Origin: Ramazzottius varieornatus
Taxonomy: Eukaryota > Animalia > Tardigrada
Assembly: GCA_001949185.1 (NCBI GenBank)
Contig: BDGG01000024.1
Span: 62,001-126,000, forward strand
Direction of reading: 5' to 3'
Length of the DNA: 64,000 nucleotides
The notes below the pieces were generated by a model. It had not been told where the DNA came from and made no database searches. It saw only the letters and a list, made by a program, of their open reading frames with translations. Positions 1 through 13,529 of the stretch are shown one piece after another (position 1 is the first letter of the stretch; each line of letters begins with the position of its first letter). The translations under genes and the position numbers were made by a program.

Positions 1-1674
1 CGGCAACCTCGTTCCATAACCAAGGCCATATTTCGTCTAGCTGCCTCCAGCTCGAAACCAAATTTCGCACCGCATCGACAGCCCCAGCGCTTTCGACTGC
101 GGAACGTATACTCACCCGACCCAAATGTGGGCATCGACAAACTGTGAACCAGGGAGCAAAAGCGGCGCTGCTCCAACCGATCCAATTGATTGGTCGATTT
201 CAGCGGAGTGTGGCCCACACGCCCATATCTAGGCCAAGCGCGTCTACTGCGGGGGGAAGAGAGTATTGACAAGTCACACATCTCCAGAGGACAAATGGAA
301 AGCCTGTGTATAGAAACGATGAAAGATGATGAGGCCAGGAGGTTCTCTATACCTATCTAGTGCGGAACAATCACGAGGAGATTCTTCAGACAAGTCTATA
401 CGTAGTGGTAGTCAGTCATTTCCGGCTTTTTGGAGTGAGCGATCCTCTCAGGTATAAGTGAATATTGAGGCAATGGCTACCTGTTCATACATTTTCTCCA
501 AATTGACCGAATCTCCCTGTAGAGTCCTTTTATTGTGGTCGATGATTTGCGTAGGCTAGGAACACCGGAACCGAATGTCTTTTGGGTTATGACCGTGTAC
601 CCTTGATCGTCTATTAACCACGCGTCCACTTCAACCAACCTCTTTGCTTCACCGGGAAATTATTCTGCTAATGTTGAATTAAACGACACTGTATCTATTT
701 CCGCATGACGCAGAAAACCATGCGGCTGTCACGGACATACAGCCGCATAAAAAGTGGATGGTGGGCAGGTTACACCGACGCTGAAAGAAGCATTTTGTTC
801 AGACATGGGGGACAATGAACAGGGAGTGTGCACGCAGAGGTTCGGTTCCGGATCTGACGGATATAGACTGGTTTGGCCAGCTCTCGACGAAGAGTAAACC
901 CATAATTGTTGAAAGGATATGTATTCAGCACACCACAAAATACAGTAACGTCGGGTTAATCATCCACTTTCAGAAAGAGCCGCGGACCTGAACGGCCTAT
1001 CTCACAGCTACCTCATCTATCCATACCAAAGCCAAGTACGCAGCTGGCTTCTGTAGCTATCTCATGTATATCTATTTGCACAGCACATCTCTTCTTCCAA
1101 TAACACAGATTATGAGCAAAAGATCATGAGTGGAATATGGCAGTGGTGAACTCGCACATGAAGAAAAGAAAACCTTATTTATGTGAATTTCTTTGAACTG
1201 GTGCCGGAATATATGTGCGTGCTTGAATTTTACACGTCTTTAGACGAATGGAATCTACAAATATCAAAACGTTCGGATGAAAGTTGTGACCAAACGGCGG
1301 ATAGATAACGGAGGCGAGAACTATGGTTGGGAGGAGGGTTAACGCGTTAGAATGACACGTATATTACCGCATGTGTCTGGAAAGGTTGGATGTTGGAGCT
1401 GAACACGTACGATGAGAAATGATGGGACAGGCCTTTTGGCTATGGCGGTCCGGAGGCAAGTACACACACTTTTGGACGCTACTCTACGCTTGATTTTCCG
1501 TTTTGCTGTCCTTTCCGCCTCTAACATAATTATTAGTTGTCCCATAATTTCTCCTCGTACGTGAGTCACTTGACCCGAGGTCGCGATGGGCGCATTGAGG
1601 AGGCTTTTTTACCCTTATTATCTCTGTTTTCCTAATGCTTTTCCCGCTGATAAACTGCTGATCGTTCCCGCGAT

Positions 1675-4600
1675 TCACGTGTGGCGCCTTCTTTCTTCGT
1701 TTCGGTGAGTCTTGGCTGGCCTTGTAAAAAGCGATGCGAAATGGGTCCGATAATTGGACCCGTTCAAGAGCAGCACCAGCTGAAACAAAGCAGGATTACA
1801 GGTGAAAATAATGGCCAGAATTGTGCAAAACCCCTCAGCTCTAGAAGAAGCCCGACATTCCTACCGGGTGAACAGCATATCCCATAACGACGATAACCCT
1901 CAAGAATAAAGATAGCAGTGGATACTGGTTGTAGCGCGGGAAGAGGGCTGCAATGACGGGCGTAGACAGTGAGCAAAAAGCTGTTACCATGAAGGCCAAA
2001 GAGAGCGTCTTGGCCACCTTGAGGCGACTATTCATTCTGGCAACTTCCGCTGCTCTAACATCCATGGAAGCCGAATCCATGCCGATTGCTTGAACGTCTG
2101 TTGATCTCAAGCAGCGTCGCGCGTAGAATATGCAGTACATTAAACCGTACAATAAGCCTTCCAACACGACGGGCAGAATAGCTCCAAACGTGATGGAAAC
2201 AATGAAGCCTTCCGGTCGTCCGCTGGGCTTCAAAAGACAGCTCTGCCAAGCATTCTGTGTATCCACGGTTGCTCCAATCCCAAAAACTGGCATTGTTTGA
2301 GTCAGAAACGCCAAAGCCCAACATGAGAGGATGAAACCAGAAATTGCCGTCTTTGTCGTTATTTTCTGAGACAAAAAACAGAGTAACTTATCATTTCACT
2401 GAGAATGATGCACCAAACTATAATACACGACTTCTGACATTCGCATATCAGAAAACGGCATCGAGCAGGTTATTGATCTGTTCTGTTGTAATTACGACAT
2501 GGATTTGTCCAGAGTGGATGTAAGCAGGCTGTAGTCGAGCCAATGGGTCACATTGTTTGCCAATACTGGTCAACTCTTCGGCCAGTTTTTTGGTCAATAT
2601 TTTGACGAATGGTCAGAATTTTAACCATTCGATGAGCTGCTGCACCAGAAAGACATGAGAGATAGAGTAAGACTGATGGCCGTTTCTACTAAGACTTCCG
2701 AATCCTGGCTTGATGCCCTGCCCGCCTCTTCACTCAGGAATCTTCATGACGATAACACGCTACGGATCAGCGCCGGGCTACGTCTGGGCTCAAGACTTGT
2801 CAGCCCTCCTATGCCGATGTGGACAAGTGGGCGACAAGAACGGGCTTCACGGTCTAAGCTGTTCGAAGAGCGCGGGACGTTACAGTAGACACGCAGCCTG
2901 AGCGAGTCAGTGCGACGAGCCCTTGTTTCTGCGCGAGTTCCTGATGTGATGCAGCCAGTAGAACTTCCGCGCGATGACGGACCATCCGAATATTACTGAG
3001 GCGAGAATCGACCTTTTTTGACGCGTACCCTCCTCGGTGTCAGATGCTGCTGAGAAGCTTGCTGAGTTTTCTTTGGAAAGTACGAGGTAAACGACATAAT
3101 TTGGGCATATCGATTTTTGCACCATAATTCGGGCATAATTCGGCTATATTCGAAAGGTTTGAAGATTACCTTCTTGATTCATCCCTCATCGTACGTGTTT
3201 TGATACAACATCAGGCTTTTTAAAGTTGGACTATCCCAGGCCAAATTCCCGTGATCTACAACGCTCTCCCGTTCGCAAACCTGTTGAAACCTCGAGGAGA
3301 GGGATCAGTCTACCTCAGGAAACAAGAAGCGGTTCGTTACGCGCAGCCGGAGCTAAGAAAAAATATGCCCGAATTACGAGTGAAAACCACTATGCCCGAA
3401 TTATGTCGTTTACCTCGTAGATGAAAGTAGATTCCAGTATTTTGAACAGCGTCTGTCTCTTGACATAAAACGAGGAAACGCGTTTCGTGGTATGGGTATG
3501 GCGAAGGAAACTAGGCGACCACACCCTGTCCCAGCCAACTTGCCACCACCTAAAACTTCGACGCGAAAAACTTCAAGTTGATGGTTATCCGAACCTTCCT
3601 CCACAGTGCTCCTACTACTTTTCATGCTCTTTGGAGTGAGCCATGACTCGATAGGTAGCAGCAAGAAACAGCTTTGAACATTTCACTGATATGACTTCCG
3701 GTGGGGAAGACATGTCGCCGCGACTGAGATGCAGTCTTCGGAATTCTGTGTTGGAGTTGTGATCACCAGTCTCATAATGTTAGGCCCACTAGTATCTGAG
3801 TTGAGAAAAGACCATAGAAATATCGAACTAGCTCGGCAAATGAGTTAAAACTAGTGAATTTGGCCATTTTGCCGGGAAAATCGTTTTGCGGCGAAATTTC
3901 TGGCTTTCGCTCAGAACGGCAGATTCACGTTTGCGACCCCCTGTCTGCGGCTTGAACTCGATTCTAATTATTTTCAACACTCAAACTGCAGGTGCTCAGT
4001 AACCTACTGAGCAAATAATTTTCGAAAACGGTCCCACAAACTGCAAAAGTTGCGCTTTTTCCGCCTCGCACCTTTTCTAGTTTTATGCCGATTTCCACCT
4101 CCTGTAAACAGATTTCCGGCCAGTAATTTTTCTTGAGATGGCAAATAGGATTTTGAACCAAGGAAAACTAGTTCGGACGTTGAATAATAACCGAGTCGAG
4201 ACCAACTCAGTATGATGAGCGGTAGCAAGTTGGCTGGGACAGGGTGTACATCTGAAAAACGCCTCAAAAATGAAGACCTTGTGGCAAAACATGCCAAAAT
4301 CCGCTGACGTAATGGTTGTCCTTGTTTCTGACAGCAGTTCAAAGTTCGTTTCGTACTGCTCTAGTTCGTGCCGTCGCATTTTGACGCACTGTTTCTATTG
4401 GTGTCCTGCCCTTTTATCTGAAATATGGAGCCAGATCTGAGTACTATTACTACAAGCTGTTCGCTTCGCCTTCGGCTCGCTCGAAGCTTACCCTAAATCA
4501 AGAAAGAAAACACAACAGATATCTTGTTGAAGACGGCGACGCCGTGGGCTCTGAGAGAATTATCAATACAATGTACGAGGAGGGAGACCCAACTTTGTCC

Positions 4601-5437
4601 GTTTGCCCGAACTGGCGACAACTTTGTCCGCTGACGATTTTTCACTAATCTTACGCTATTAAAATCCCAAAATTATTCGCAGGAATCTTTTGGACGAACA
4701 ATTGTAGTAATCCACAGAAACAATTGTACTGTAGTATGGCTAAAAACTTGCTTGGTGACTGTGCATAACTGCCAGAGATTATGAAAAATTTAGTGAGAAT
4801 TTGCAGAAAATTTGGAATGAGGAAAAAGTAAAAAAGCGCTCCATCACCAATCCTGTTGTGATCAGTACTATACGCTTGTATATACCCAATTTTTTGGTTC
4901 AGCCATGTCCGAGAACTTGTTCGGACAAAAAACCAAAAGATAACAGTATATATAAATTAGGATCGGCGTGAGCCAAAAACGGTTAAGGAAAACCATTTGA
5001 GACTATTACAGTTATACCTTGTAGGAATGAGGGAAAACGACAGCCACGAAGCGGTTAAGCGCCACCAAGGTCTCAGACCAGTGCGCTGCCTGAACGATAA
5101 CGAAGTACTGCCAAGCCAAACCCTGACATAAGCGAAATGTCGGTGACTGGTAACGCGCCACGTATGTTTGGATGGCAAACGCTGGGTGGGAGACGAACAC
5201 CATTACTCCTCCAGTAATCAGCGCATGGGCAATCAACAGCCCGGAGCCTGACCGCAGAGAGGGTGCGGACAGGATCATACCCGCCAGGAAAAAGTTGATT
5301 ATACCTCCAGATAGTCCACAGGTTAGCATCACTCCAAGCCATATCGTTAGACCTTGCCGATGCTGCGCGTGTAGGCTGAATGCTTCAGTGGTGTTAGAAG
5401 GGTAAGAATGATTGCTGGTGAAGTTTACGGACATCAT
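1675..5437 (-). CDS. Rhodopsin-like (class A) orphan GPCR, 3 exons: 5437-5018, 2365-1865, 1779-1675 (~341 aa)
   Basis: N-glycosylated N-terminus, TM1 'GGIINFFL', TM3 'LVALNRFVAVVFPHSYK', TM6 'RLKVAKTL', TM7 'VHPLVLLL..YR'. GT-AG phase-0 introns join the exons in frame. Confidence 0.85.
2620..3495 (+). mobile_element. Decayed non-LTR retrotransposon C-terminal fragment (CRE-like, RLE type) inside the GPCR intron
   Basis: Frameshifted motifs 'SWLDALP...LRLG', Zn-knuckle 'CRCG..DKNGLHGLSC..SAGRYSRH' and terminal 'QRLSLDIKRGNA', typical of RLE-type LINE ORF ends. Confidence 0.6.
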
Positions 5438-8400
5438 GACGGTTTTATAATGCTCAAGCTAGAAGGTACACAGACCGTGCCAGAGAACAAAAGTGCACCG
5501 CGATTAAACAACTGACTGTGCGAAGTCAAAATGCCCATCACCATCCGAGGCTAAACCTTGAGACCGAAAGCCGTAATGATGTCCCTGCACATGCATAGTT
5601 ATAAATTATGCTACTGAGCACTACTGACCTTCCTGTCATTGCTGATGGTAGGCTGAGAAGCCATGTTATCGCCTGGCTCAATGGGCCAACGCTAGGTGCT
5701 CGTCGGTGATGCGAGATGATTTTAACGCCGCCGTCGGGCAAGCACCTGATAGAGCTTCCTTTTGTCCGTGATTTTTGCGAGCTTAGTTGGTGATCAAGTT
5801 ACCATGAAACTGATCCAGTTTAGGTTTGTCCGTTCCAGCTTCCGGCTCCATTCCTTTCGCATTCTTAATAAGTTCCTTTCCGCACATCGATTAGGCCATA
5901 CTAGCAAAAATCTTGCAGCCAGAAAATCTGTTATCAAAAATAATAACTAGGCGTGAAGGACGTCACCGAACCTTGCCGATCTCTACAAGTGTCAAGTTCA
6001 TATGGAGAGGAGCTGATTACTAGAAACGCATCGGGCTTGTCTGTATCTGAGTTTTCGAAGCACCATATAGAAAATAATGGTTTGAGTATCTAGTCGGGTA
6101 ACTGGGACGTGAAGTCTGGAAGACTAAGCCGCGTGTTAATCCTTCTTCCATCGACATGTGAAATGAGCCAGATAGGCCGAAACAGCTGACGTAAGACACG
6201 TCTCAAGTGCAACATGCCGTACGACCGTATCTTTTTGCCTGTGCCGTTGTACCACAAAAGGCGGCGAGTGGCATGGCAATGACAATAATGGCTTGTAGAA
6301 TTTGGTAAAAGTTTCAACACGGCTTGATTGTCAAGCCTGCTTATTTTCCTCGGGCTTTTCGACGTGGGCAAACCTGTGACTACCGAGTGCACACGGGTCT
6401 TCTGTCTGCGTGAGATCGTACATGTTGAGCTTTGCACAAGCAGCCAACTGTACTTGCACGACGTTTTGGGGTAGAAACTCAGAGAGGAAATTCTGCCTGT
6501 GTTTAGCTTCCCTTCCCGTTATCTCATGGTCTGGAATCAATCTTTTACATTTTGGATACTCGGAACCAGCAAGTCTAGCTTGTTTCAGGCTTCTTTTTGT
6601 TCGCTTCAAATTTTTGGAAAACGGGAACCAATAATATCACCTTATGGAAAAAATGAATATATGTATCACATATAATGTATCGGAAACGCATCGGTTCTGG
6701 TGGTTAAGTGGCCCTGCAACGTAAACCAACACTACGCGACCATTAGAAGAGATGCGTTTTGGGCATGTAGAACATCCCCGGAGGAAACCGACAAGGCGGA
6801 AAAACATCTGCCACGAAAGTGGGATCGATGACTAGCGACCAACGAAAACCCAGCAGGGTAGAAAAAGGTTTCACGATTGCGGATGGTTTTGCTGCTATTC
6901 TGGATTTCGTCTTTTTACTGGGAAACATATACTGCATTCATCCAGAAAAAATCAAACATGGAGGAAAGATTTTTCTTGCAAACGTGAGCCTTAGTCCAGT
7001 TTGGTATAATCAGGACGCTCGGAAACAAATCAAGATGCCCAGGGCTACTTTTTTTTAATCTACTCTTGACGGCTTGCCAATTTTTGAAGTTTCAGAATTC
7101 CGAAAATTGGTAATTGGCTGGTCCAGCCTTCTCCAAACGGCCTTCACCAACCAAAATCCTGTACTCAGAAAGCGGACGGTAGTATTCTGCGAACACGAGA
7201 GGCTTTAATCTGTAAGTGTTAACACTGAACCACTGTTTAACTTTGACGACGACAAGAGATTTAGTGTCCTAGTCAGATACCATTAATAACAGGAATGCTT
7301 ATTATCTGGCCGAGATCATATCTTGCCGCCGTATTAGCTCTCATTTAATTTGGCCACCGCATCGGTTTACTTACGGGATAAACCCACACTTGAACTCCTT
7401 AGCTGTTCGGCGGTTATCAGCTCGTGCATCTTGGAGTATCTTTCTCCAAATTTCGTTGTATTATTCCAATCACCAACACAAAACGTCTGTGCTTCAATGA
7501 TTTCGCCACCGAAATGGACAATCCAATAATCGAACGAGCCGCGCACGAGCGCGACTCCCGTGGCTCTGTCCGGTGGCTGATATGGTGCTCCCAACTATAA
7601 GTTTCTTTCTCCGTCGTCGGAATTACTAAAGGGAAGTTCATTTATTATTATGTGCGGAAGTATGACTTGTTACTCCTAAAAATTTCCTAACTTAAAAAAT
7701 TTGATCAGGTTATGCACGCGTACAAGTAAGATACTTCGGCTATTTTTTCCGCATCTTGTTCGTGCCTTTGCTGTAGGAGTATAGGGGGGGAGGAGTGAGA
7801 AGATAAACTCTCTGCAGTTATTTTTTGCAGCTTCTCTGGAGGAAATTTTTCTTTCTCGCTGGAAGAGCTCTAATTTCGCAACATGGCGATAGCCCGTTGG
7901 TATCAGATCCTCACTTCCTTGTGTATGAAGGAGAGTTTCCAGTTTCACCTCCTGCAGTTTTACGGAAGCGTTTGTTCAAAGTGCACTCTAGAGCTGACTT
8001 GCAACAGTAGTGCTTTGAGTCAACTCAATAATTTCGTTCAGTGAACATCCTTCTTGCTTTATCGCTATGCTGGGCAGAAGGATCTTACAGCGTTCTAGAT
8101 TGTAAAATAGCAACCAGACAGTAAACATAATTTTCCTGTGGTGCCGCTCACGATTCGATATTGTCTGCAGTACTTCCGCTCTTTCGAAACATTCTAATTT
8201 ATTGTCTCTAGCAAAAAATCGATCGTAGATTGGTTGGCTCACATTCAAAACCGGAAGGTAAAGGAATACACGGCTATGAGATATTTGTGAAGTGCGCGAG
8301 GTAAACGGGAAATCCGATTCCATAGTTTTCTTTGCCTTCCCGTGTTCTCCAATTGTCCAGCGAGAACCTAGTGACACATCCTGAATTTTCGTAAGTATTT

Positions 8401-10998
8401 CCCAAGATCTCGGGGAGAATGGGATTCAGTTAACCGCCCGAACACTTTGTTGGCCACCTTGAACTTCGGTCTTCCGTAGGAGTGACTCCCGAAAAAATCT
8501 TCACTGCGGAAAAGATTTGCCCAATCTCCTACGGTATGCTCGTTGGCTGCACGCACGACAAGAAATTGTGGGCCATGGCAAATTACGGGCCAGGTGGAAA
8601 ACACGGCAAAGTTAGAAATTCAACCGTAGAAAAGTATCGGAAAGTGCTTTAGTGTGAATCAGCAGCGTACCCCTGATGCCACAAGCCTTTTTTACATTGA
8701 ACTAACTTAATGTTTCTGTAACTAAACCTCCGCCAACCGTCGGCTTACCAGCAAAACTGAGGGTTATGCGAGGTAAACCCGATGTGCTGATGTCGCACAA
8801 GCACAAACCAAAAAAAAATCCAGACAGTTCTGTGATTTACCCCGACAGAGAGGCGGAGCTAAGTTAAACTTGGTTTTGAACGGCGGTCGTGCTGTTTCCG
8901 GCTGCCTGTTAACTTTCGTGAGATTTCGTTCTGAAAATTCTGCTATAGACTTTCGATTTTCTCCGACATTATGTTATCTTGTTCATTCTGCTCCGTAAGC
9001 TATCCCTTGTTGGTCATTTGAGACACAAAGTGCCTTGGGAGGGGAGTTCGGGAGTCAAACGACGGACGGAGAAGCACGGAGTCTGCGAAGACAGGTTTTC
9101 GCTGATGATGTAATCGCCGCAAGTTGCTCGGACAACCTGATAATCACTGCACCTATTTCCAAGGTATCGTATGCTTTTCCATAATTGCTTTTCATACCAG
9201 AAAAGATCGCGAAGCCTCGCGGTGTCAGACTTCTGAAATCTGGAATCTCTCACGTATGTCTAAGGCGGCAGCTGGGATTTGGACGTGTGCTCTTCAGCGA
9301 TATCGCTCTAAATCGTCCGCCACTTAATCAGGTAACGACAACGTTGTGCGAGTTGCATCACTTGATTTTCTACAGTCCAGGACAGGCTAAATAGCCAGAA
9401 TCGATACTGCTTCCTTACCACCTGGTGTTATGGTTTCAGTGCTCATCTAGGCAGGTCTGTTTCTCTTTTTTCGAAGTTGCTGGACCATCTCAGGTCAAGT
9501 CTGCATTTCACCTGGGTATCTTTGTCGTATTTTTCTTATCTAACGCTTCTGTTTTCCTGAGCGATATCGCTTCCTCCGTTGGACTTCGTGCATCGAGCTT
9601 TGCTACATGCCCAGAGTATAGTCTTAGCTTTCTTGAATTTCTGTCTCGTTCTTCTTTCTGTCGTTGTTTACGGATTTGAGGAGCAGTGGAGTAAAAAACA
9701 ATAAAAATCATTATTTTGGGGTTTATTAGGGTTCCTGTCCCAGCAAAAACCATGAAAAATTAAAAACTTTCTCATGTCCGATAAACTGATATTTCCCAGC
9801 GATAAACCAGTAATGTCATTTTCATGTCTTAATTTGGGTTACTTGTGGGTGGGTACCTGGACCATAGCTGAAACCTCGAGGATTCCGGGAGGTTTCAGCG
9901 ACGGTTTTGATGGCTGTGGCATCAGACTACGTAAATTTTTCCGCACCGCCGCAGCGAAAAGGTCTGGTCCTTAATTTTTACTGGCCCATAATTTCTCGTT
10001 ATACGTGTACGTATTTCGAGAAATGGAGCATATCTTCTCACCCGTGCGGGATGCATCGGCGCCTCGAGAAAAATTCAGAGACTTGAGCAACCCAAAATCT
10101 TGGTTACCCGCGATCCAAGCAAAATTGCTCCTGCTCTACCGCGGAGCTGAGAGACTCGGAACAGTAGAACGCCGAACAACAGCCAGGAGTTGGATAAGTG
10201 ACAAAGAAAAAGCTTCAGGCCAAGAGAACAAGGGGGAGTGTAACTATGAATTTTTGAAGTTGAAGTGTTTTCAGGTGTAACAAGTCATACTTCCGCACCT
10301 AGTCCTGTGGGGTCCAACCCACTCCCAGTGTTTCAACTGGCTAGATCTGAGAAAAAAAACCAAATCTGAACGATCACCTAATTTTCCAAATTTGTAAATT
10401 TCAAACGGCGATGACGTCACCAGCTTGTGGCGGTTTTTCACATCAAGACAATGGAAAATCTGTCCTTCTCGATCAACGCTTATTGCTGATTTGACTCCAT
10501 ACCTGGATGCAACACCCTTTGCTGGTCCTTCCAAATTATCTGAGGACGAGCTGGACATTTCACTCGCTAGGGAAAATTCTTTGACGAAGTAACGCCGGAA
10601 ATGGCGAATCTCAGACTTTAACTTGTCCAAATTTTCTTGTGGCTGATGGACTCCAACCACCATCCTTAGACGATTGACTAGTATTTTGCCGGAGTCGAGC
10701 GAAAAATCCCGAACGGAAAACATCAAACGAACGGTCGCGAAATTGAGCAATACCACCGCTTTGGGACCGTTCTGGCCCCATGGTGCCCGGAGTGTTAAAC
10801 AAAAACACTTTTCCATCATATATCATATACTGTCCATCATATACAGTACTACCAGAAGTCTCAGCGTATTACCGTTGAACTTACGCTATCGGCATCATCG
10901 ATCACTCCCCGCACTACCAAACTTTCAAACTTTGGAAAATAAGCGTGAAAGAACACATACAGAGTATCTGCTGACAATAGGCACCCGGAAAATATTTT

Positions 10999-11637
10999 TC
11001 AAATCTCAACTATGCTCAACCAACACAAGGGCTCCAAACAGAAACGGAGCGATGCGCGAAGTGAGTTGAAGAGAAATGAATGGTTTCGGTGAAACACGCT
11101 GCCGTGTGATTGTGGAAACCTGGCCCATTCATCCTTAGTTCTTTCAAACAAAATCTTGTACGACCTTTGTTTCTGAAAGACAGTTAATTCTTCTGAGGAG
11201 CAAGAATCGACGAAATGTTGACAGCTTGGCACTCTATAGCAGTACTGAAGAACTCTGCTGTACGAATTTTTCCAGTCGTCATTCTTGATAAACTTTCGAA
11301 CTTGTGACGCCATGGTTAGCCGCTTGCAATAGCTTTTTGGTGCGCCGAGTTTGCTTACTGATAGTCGGCAAAGTGCCACACAATACAGGTTTTTGGCTTC
11401 TGTAGGGCTTCGGAAAAGTACAGTACATAGTATTAAGACACTGGAAACCAGTTCGAGGTCTGCGCTATCGGATTTTCCGCGACGAAGCTGTATTGAACGA
11501 TAGGAATTTGTGCCATCCCTATCATACTTTGATAGCCAGAGCGTGATTTTTTGTACGAGAAACGGTAATCTCGTACGATAATCTCTCTGCGAAACTAAAA
11601 AGTTTGCGGAGGTGGGAATCGAGGCCATCTCATCCAT
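10999..11637 (-). other. ORF or exon of an unidentified protein; a diverged, frameshifted copy lies at ~18900-19210
   Basis: 212-aa ORF; 'CRLSVSK..KSYCKR..ASQV' recurs as 'CRLSVNK..KSCCKQ..ASQV' in 18901-19245. No domain recognised. Confidence 0.3.
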
Positions 11638-11832
11638 TCACATGGCGGGAACGCACCGCGCCATCCGGGGTTCACAGTTATCGCCATTGGTTTATCCCTA
11701 GATCTTTTTTTCAGAGCTAGGCTTCCAATCATTACATGATTGTGCAACGATGCGATAATTAAAGATATTTGTATCGTCGTCTTTGGCAGACTGATTGAGG
11801 GGCCCATGAAATACGTAGAGCAGTGATTGAAC

Positions 11833-12075
11833 CAGTGTTATTTTAATCATTATAATGGGAAATCATTATAAAGGGGATTTTAATAATTAAAATCGTTTTA
11901 ATTGTGCGGGTTGGTGTTCGCTTGATTGATTGATCCATAATAAAAAATCGAATTTTAATTCTAATAATTGAAATTCGTCAGCGATAATTGATTTTACTTG
12001 CAGACAGCTGATCACGTAGACTTAACATTAGCACGTGACTTTTAATAATTTTAATTGCATAGTAAAATAACACTG
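11833..12075. mobile_element. AT-rich hAT-type MITE
   Basis: 13-bp TIR CAGTGTTATTTTA / TAAAATAACACTG; 8-bp flanks GATTGAAC / AATAGAAC match 6/8. Confidence 0.6.
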
Positions 12076-12310
12076 AATAGAACGTATAGCGCTAACCAAG
12101 AGTGCCGGCGGGCGCCGCACATTCGTACACTGCTTTAGATTGGCTAAAGTTGTTGAGTGAAGGTCAGCTTAGAGGTTATATGGTACATGGAACACAAGGA
12201 TATCAACCTCATACGTAGAGATGTTTTGAGATCAGTGAGGTGTGGCGCACGGTCTAGACCATGTAAGCCTCGGGAAAAGAGTGGACAATCGGTTAGGCTA
12301 AGGTATGTAT

Positions 12311-12473
12311 GGTAGTCTTTTAGGGCGCGACCATCCCTATCATTACATATCGCCTATTTTTGCCCCGTTTTGTTCCGGGAACGTACGAACTGATTGTCCC
12401 CATGCTTGCCTGTCTTCCCTAGGGTAGTCTTTTAGGGCGCGACGGTCTCTATGGTAGTATTTTAGAGCGCGAC
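12311..12473 (+). repeat. Three copies of a ~21-bp unit GGTAGTCTTTTAGGGCGCGAC
   Basis: Copies at ~12311, ~12423 and ~12453 (last has 2 mismatches). Confidence 0.7.
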
Positions 12474-13073
12474 GAATCCTATCATGACAAAGCAGCTTAT
12501 AATTGTTTTTAGAAGGACGGGGAAAGTTAAGGGCCAGTCAAAATCTTTTCGATCCATGCATGCACATTTAATGATAAGTTCGACAGAACAGGTGAGTGTA
12601 ACCAGCTAAGCCAACAACCGAAAATAGGGCGCAGCTATCTCAGCAACTGTTCCCTCGTACATTATCTTTCCCAGTACATCCAAAGAATTGGCTTGTGTGC
12701 TGGTGTCAGACTACTGCAGCAGTAGCGGATAAAATGGGAGATATCGAATGAGCTGTTGCGAAGGAGTTAGATGCAAGAGACCATCCAGACTGTGCGAGAA
12801 ACTGCTGAAAAGAGACACTGCCTAGAGAAACGCGAGCGGTACGTCATCGTACAAGTGAAGTAGAGGCCCGATCCGTTCTTCGAGCCCTGACTACCCTTCC
12901 GGAGGTTCGTGAGGTTCACCAGGCATCGCATCACTCTACGTTTCCCATACTATATAATCGTAACGTGAGGATCAGCGCAGATCATTCCAACAAGGTAACT
13001 GAGCGTTTTACCTTCCTCTCTCTTGATGCGTTCTTTGGTTTGTAACGTCCAGTGAGAGATTTTTCTCATAGAA

Positions 13074-13529
13074 ATGTTCCTTGCTGGGTGTTTCGCGTCA
13101 GCTTTTGTGGTAATTCTTGCAAGAGTCATGTTAGTAGATGGATTTGCAACAGTTTTATCGGTCGAGAAGTACGGACCCGACAACGCAGTGGGTTCTCGAA
13201 CTCTCACATACCGTAATCCACCCAGCGGTCCTGGTCGCAGTGCTCCCTTCTTGGACTCGAACGTGTATCGTCACAAAGCTGCAGGGCTGATTGAAAAATT
13301 GTCAAAGGTGCTCGAGAAGATTCGACCACGGGAAGCAACAACGTTGCCGAACTTGATCGACGTCCGTCAAATGTATCCTTTTCCTGTACTGCACACTGTT
13401 GCTCACAACAAAGACGCAATCGGCTACCATGGGGAAAATTCCAAATGTGATGTTGTCTCCAGTTTAAGAAACAAGCTTCTTGGCAACCTCAAAGTGTTTG
13501 CTCCTCTTTCACGGCCTCGTGTTGGTTAG
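13074..13529 (+). CDS. Putative secreted 151-aa orphan protein, copy 1
   Basis: Hydrophobic signal-peptide-like N-terminus; TATATAA at 12951; 5'-UTR GT-AG intron 12995-13052; equal-length paralog at 24464 with several synonymous changes in this frame. Confidence 0.6.
   Translation: MFLAGCFASAFVVILARVMLVDGFATVLSVEKYGPDNAVGSRTLTYRNPPSGPGRSAPFLDSNVYRHKAAGLIEKLSKVLEKIRPREATTLPNLIDVRQMYPFPVLHTVAHNKDAIGYHGENSKCDVVSSLRNKLLGNLKVFAPLSRPRVG

Noticed and set aside
250-1000. Possible reverse-transcriptase remnant on the minus strand
   Set aside because: Only vague motif resemblance across stops and frames; not supportable.
5950-10820. Scattered ORFs as transposase or host exons
   Set aside because: No recognisable motif or consistent splice model by eye.
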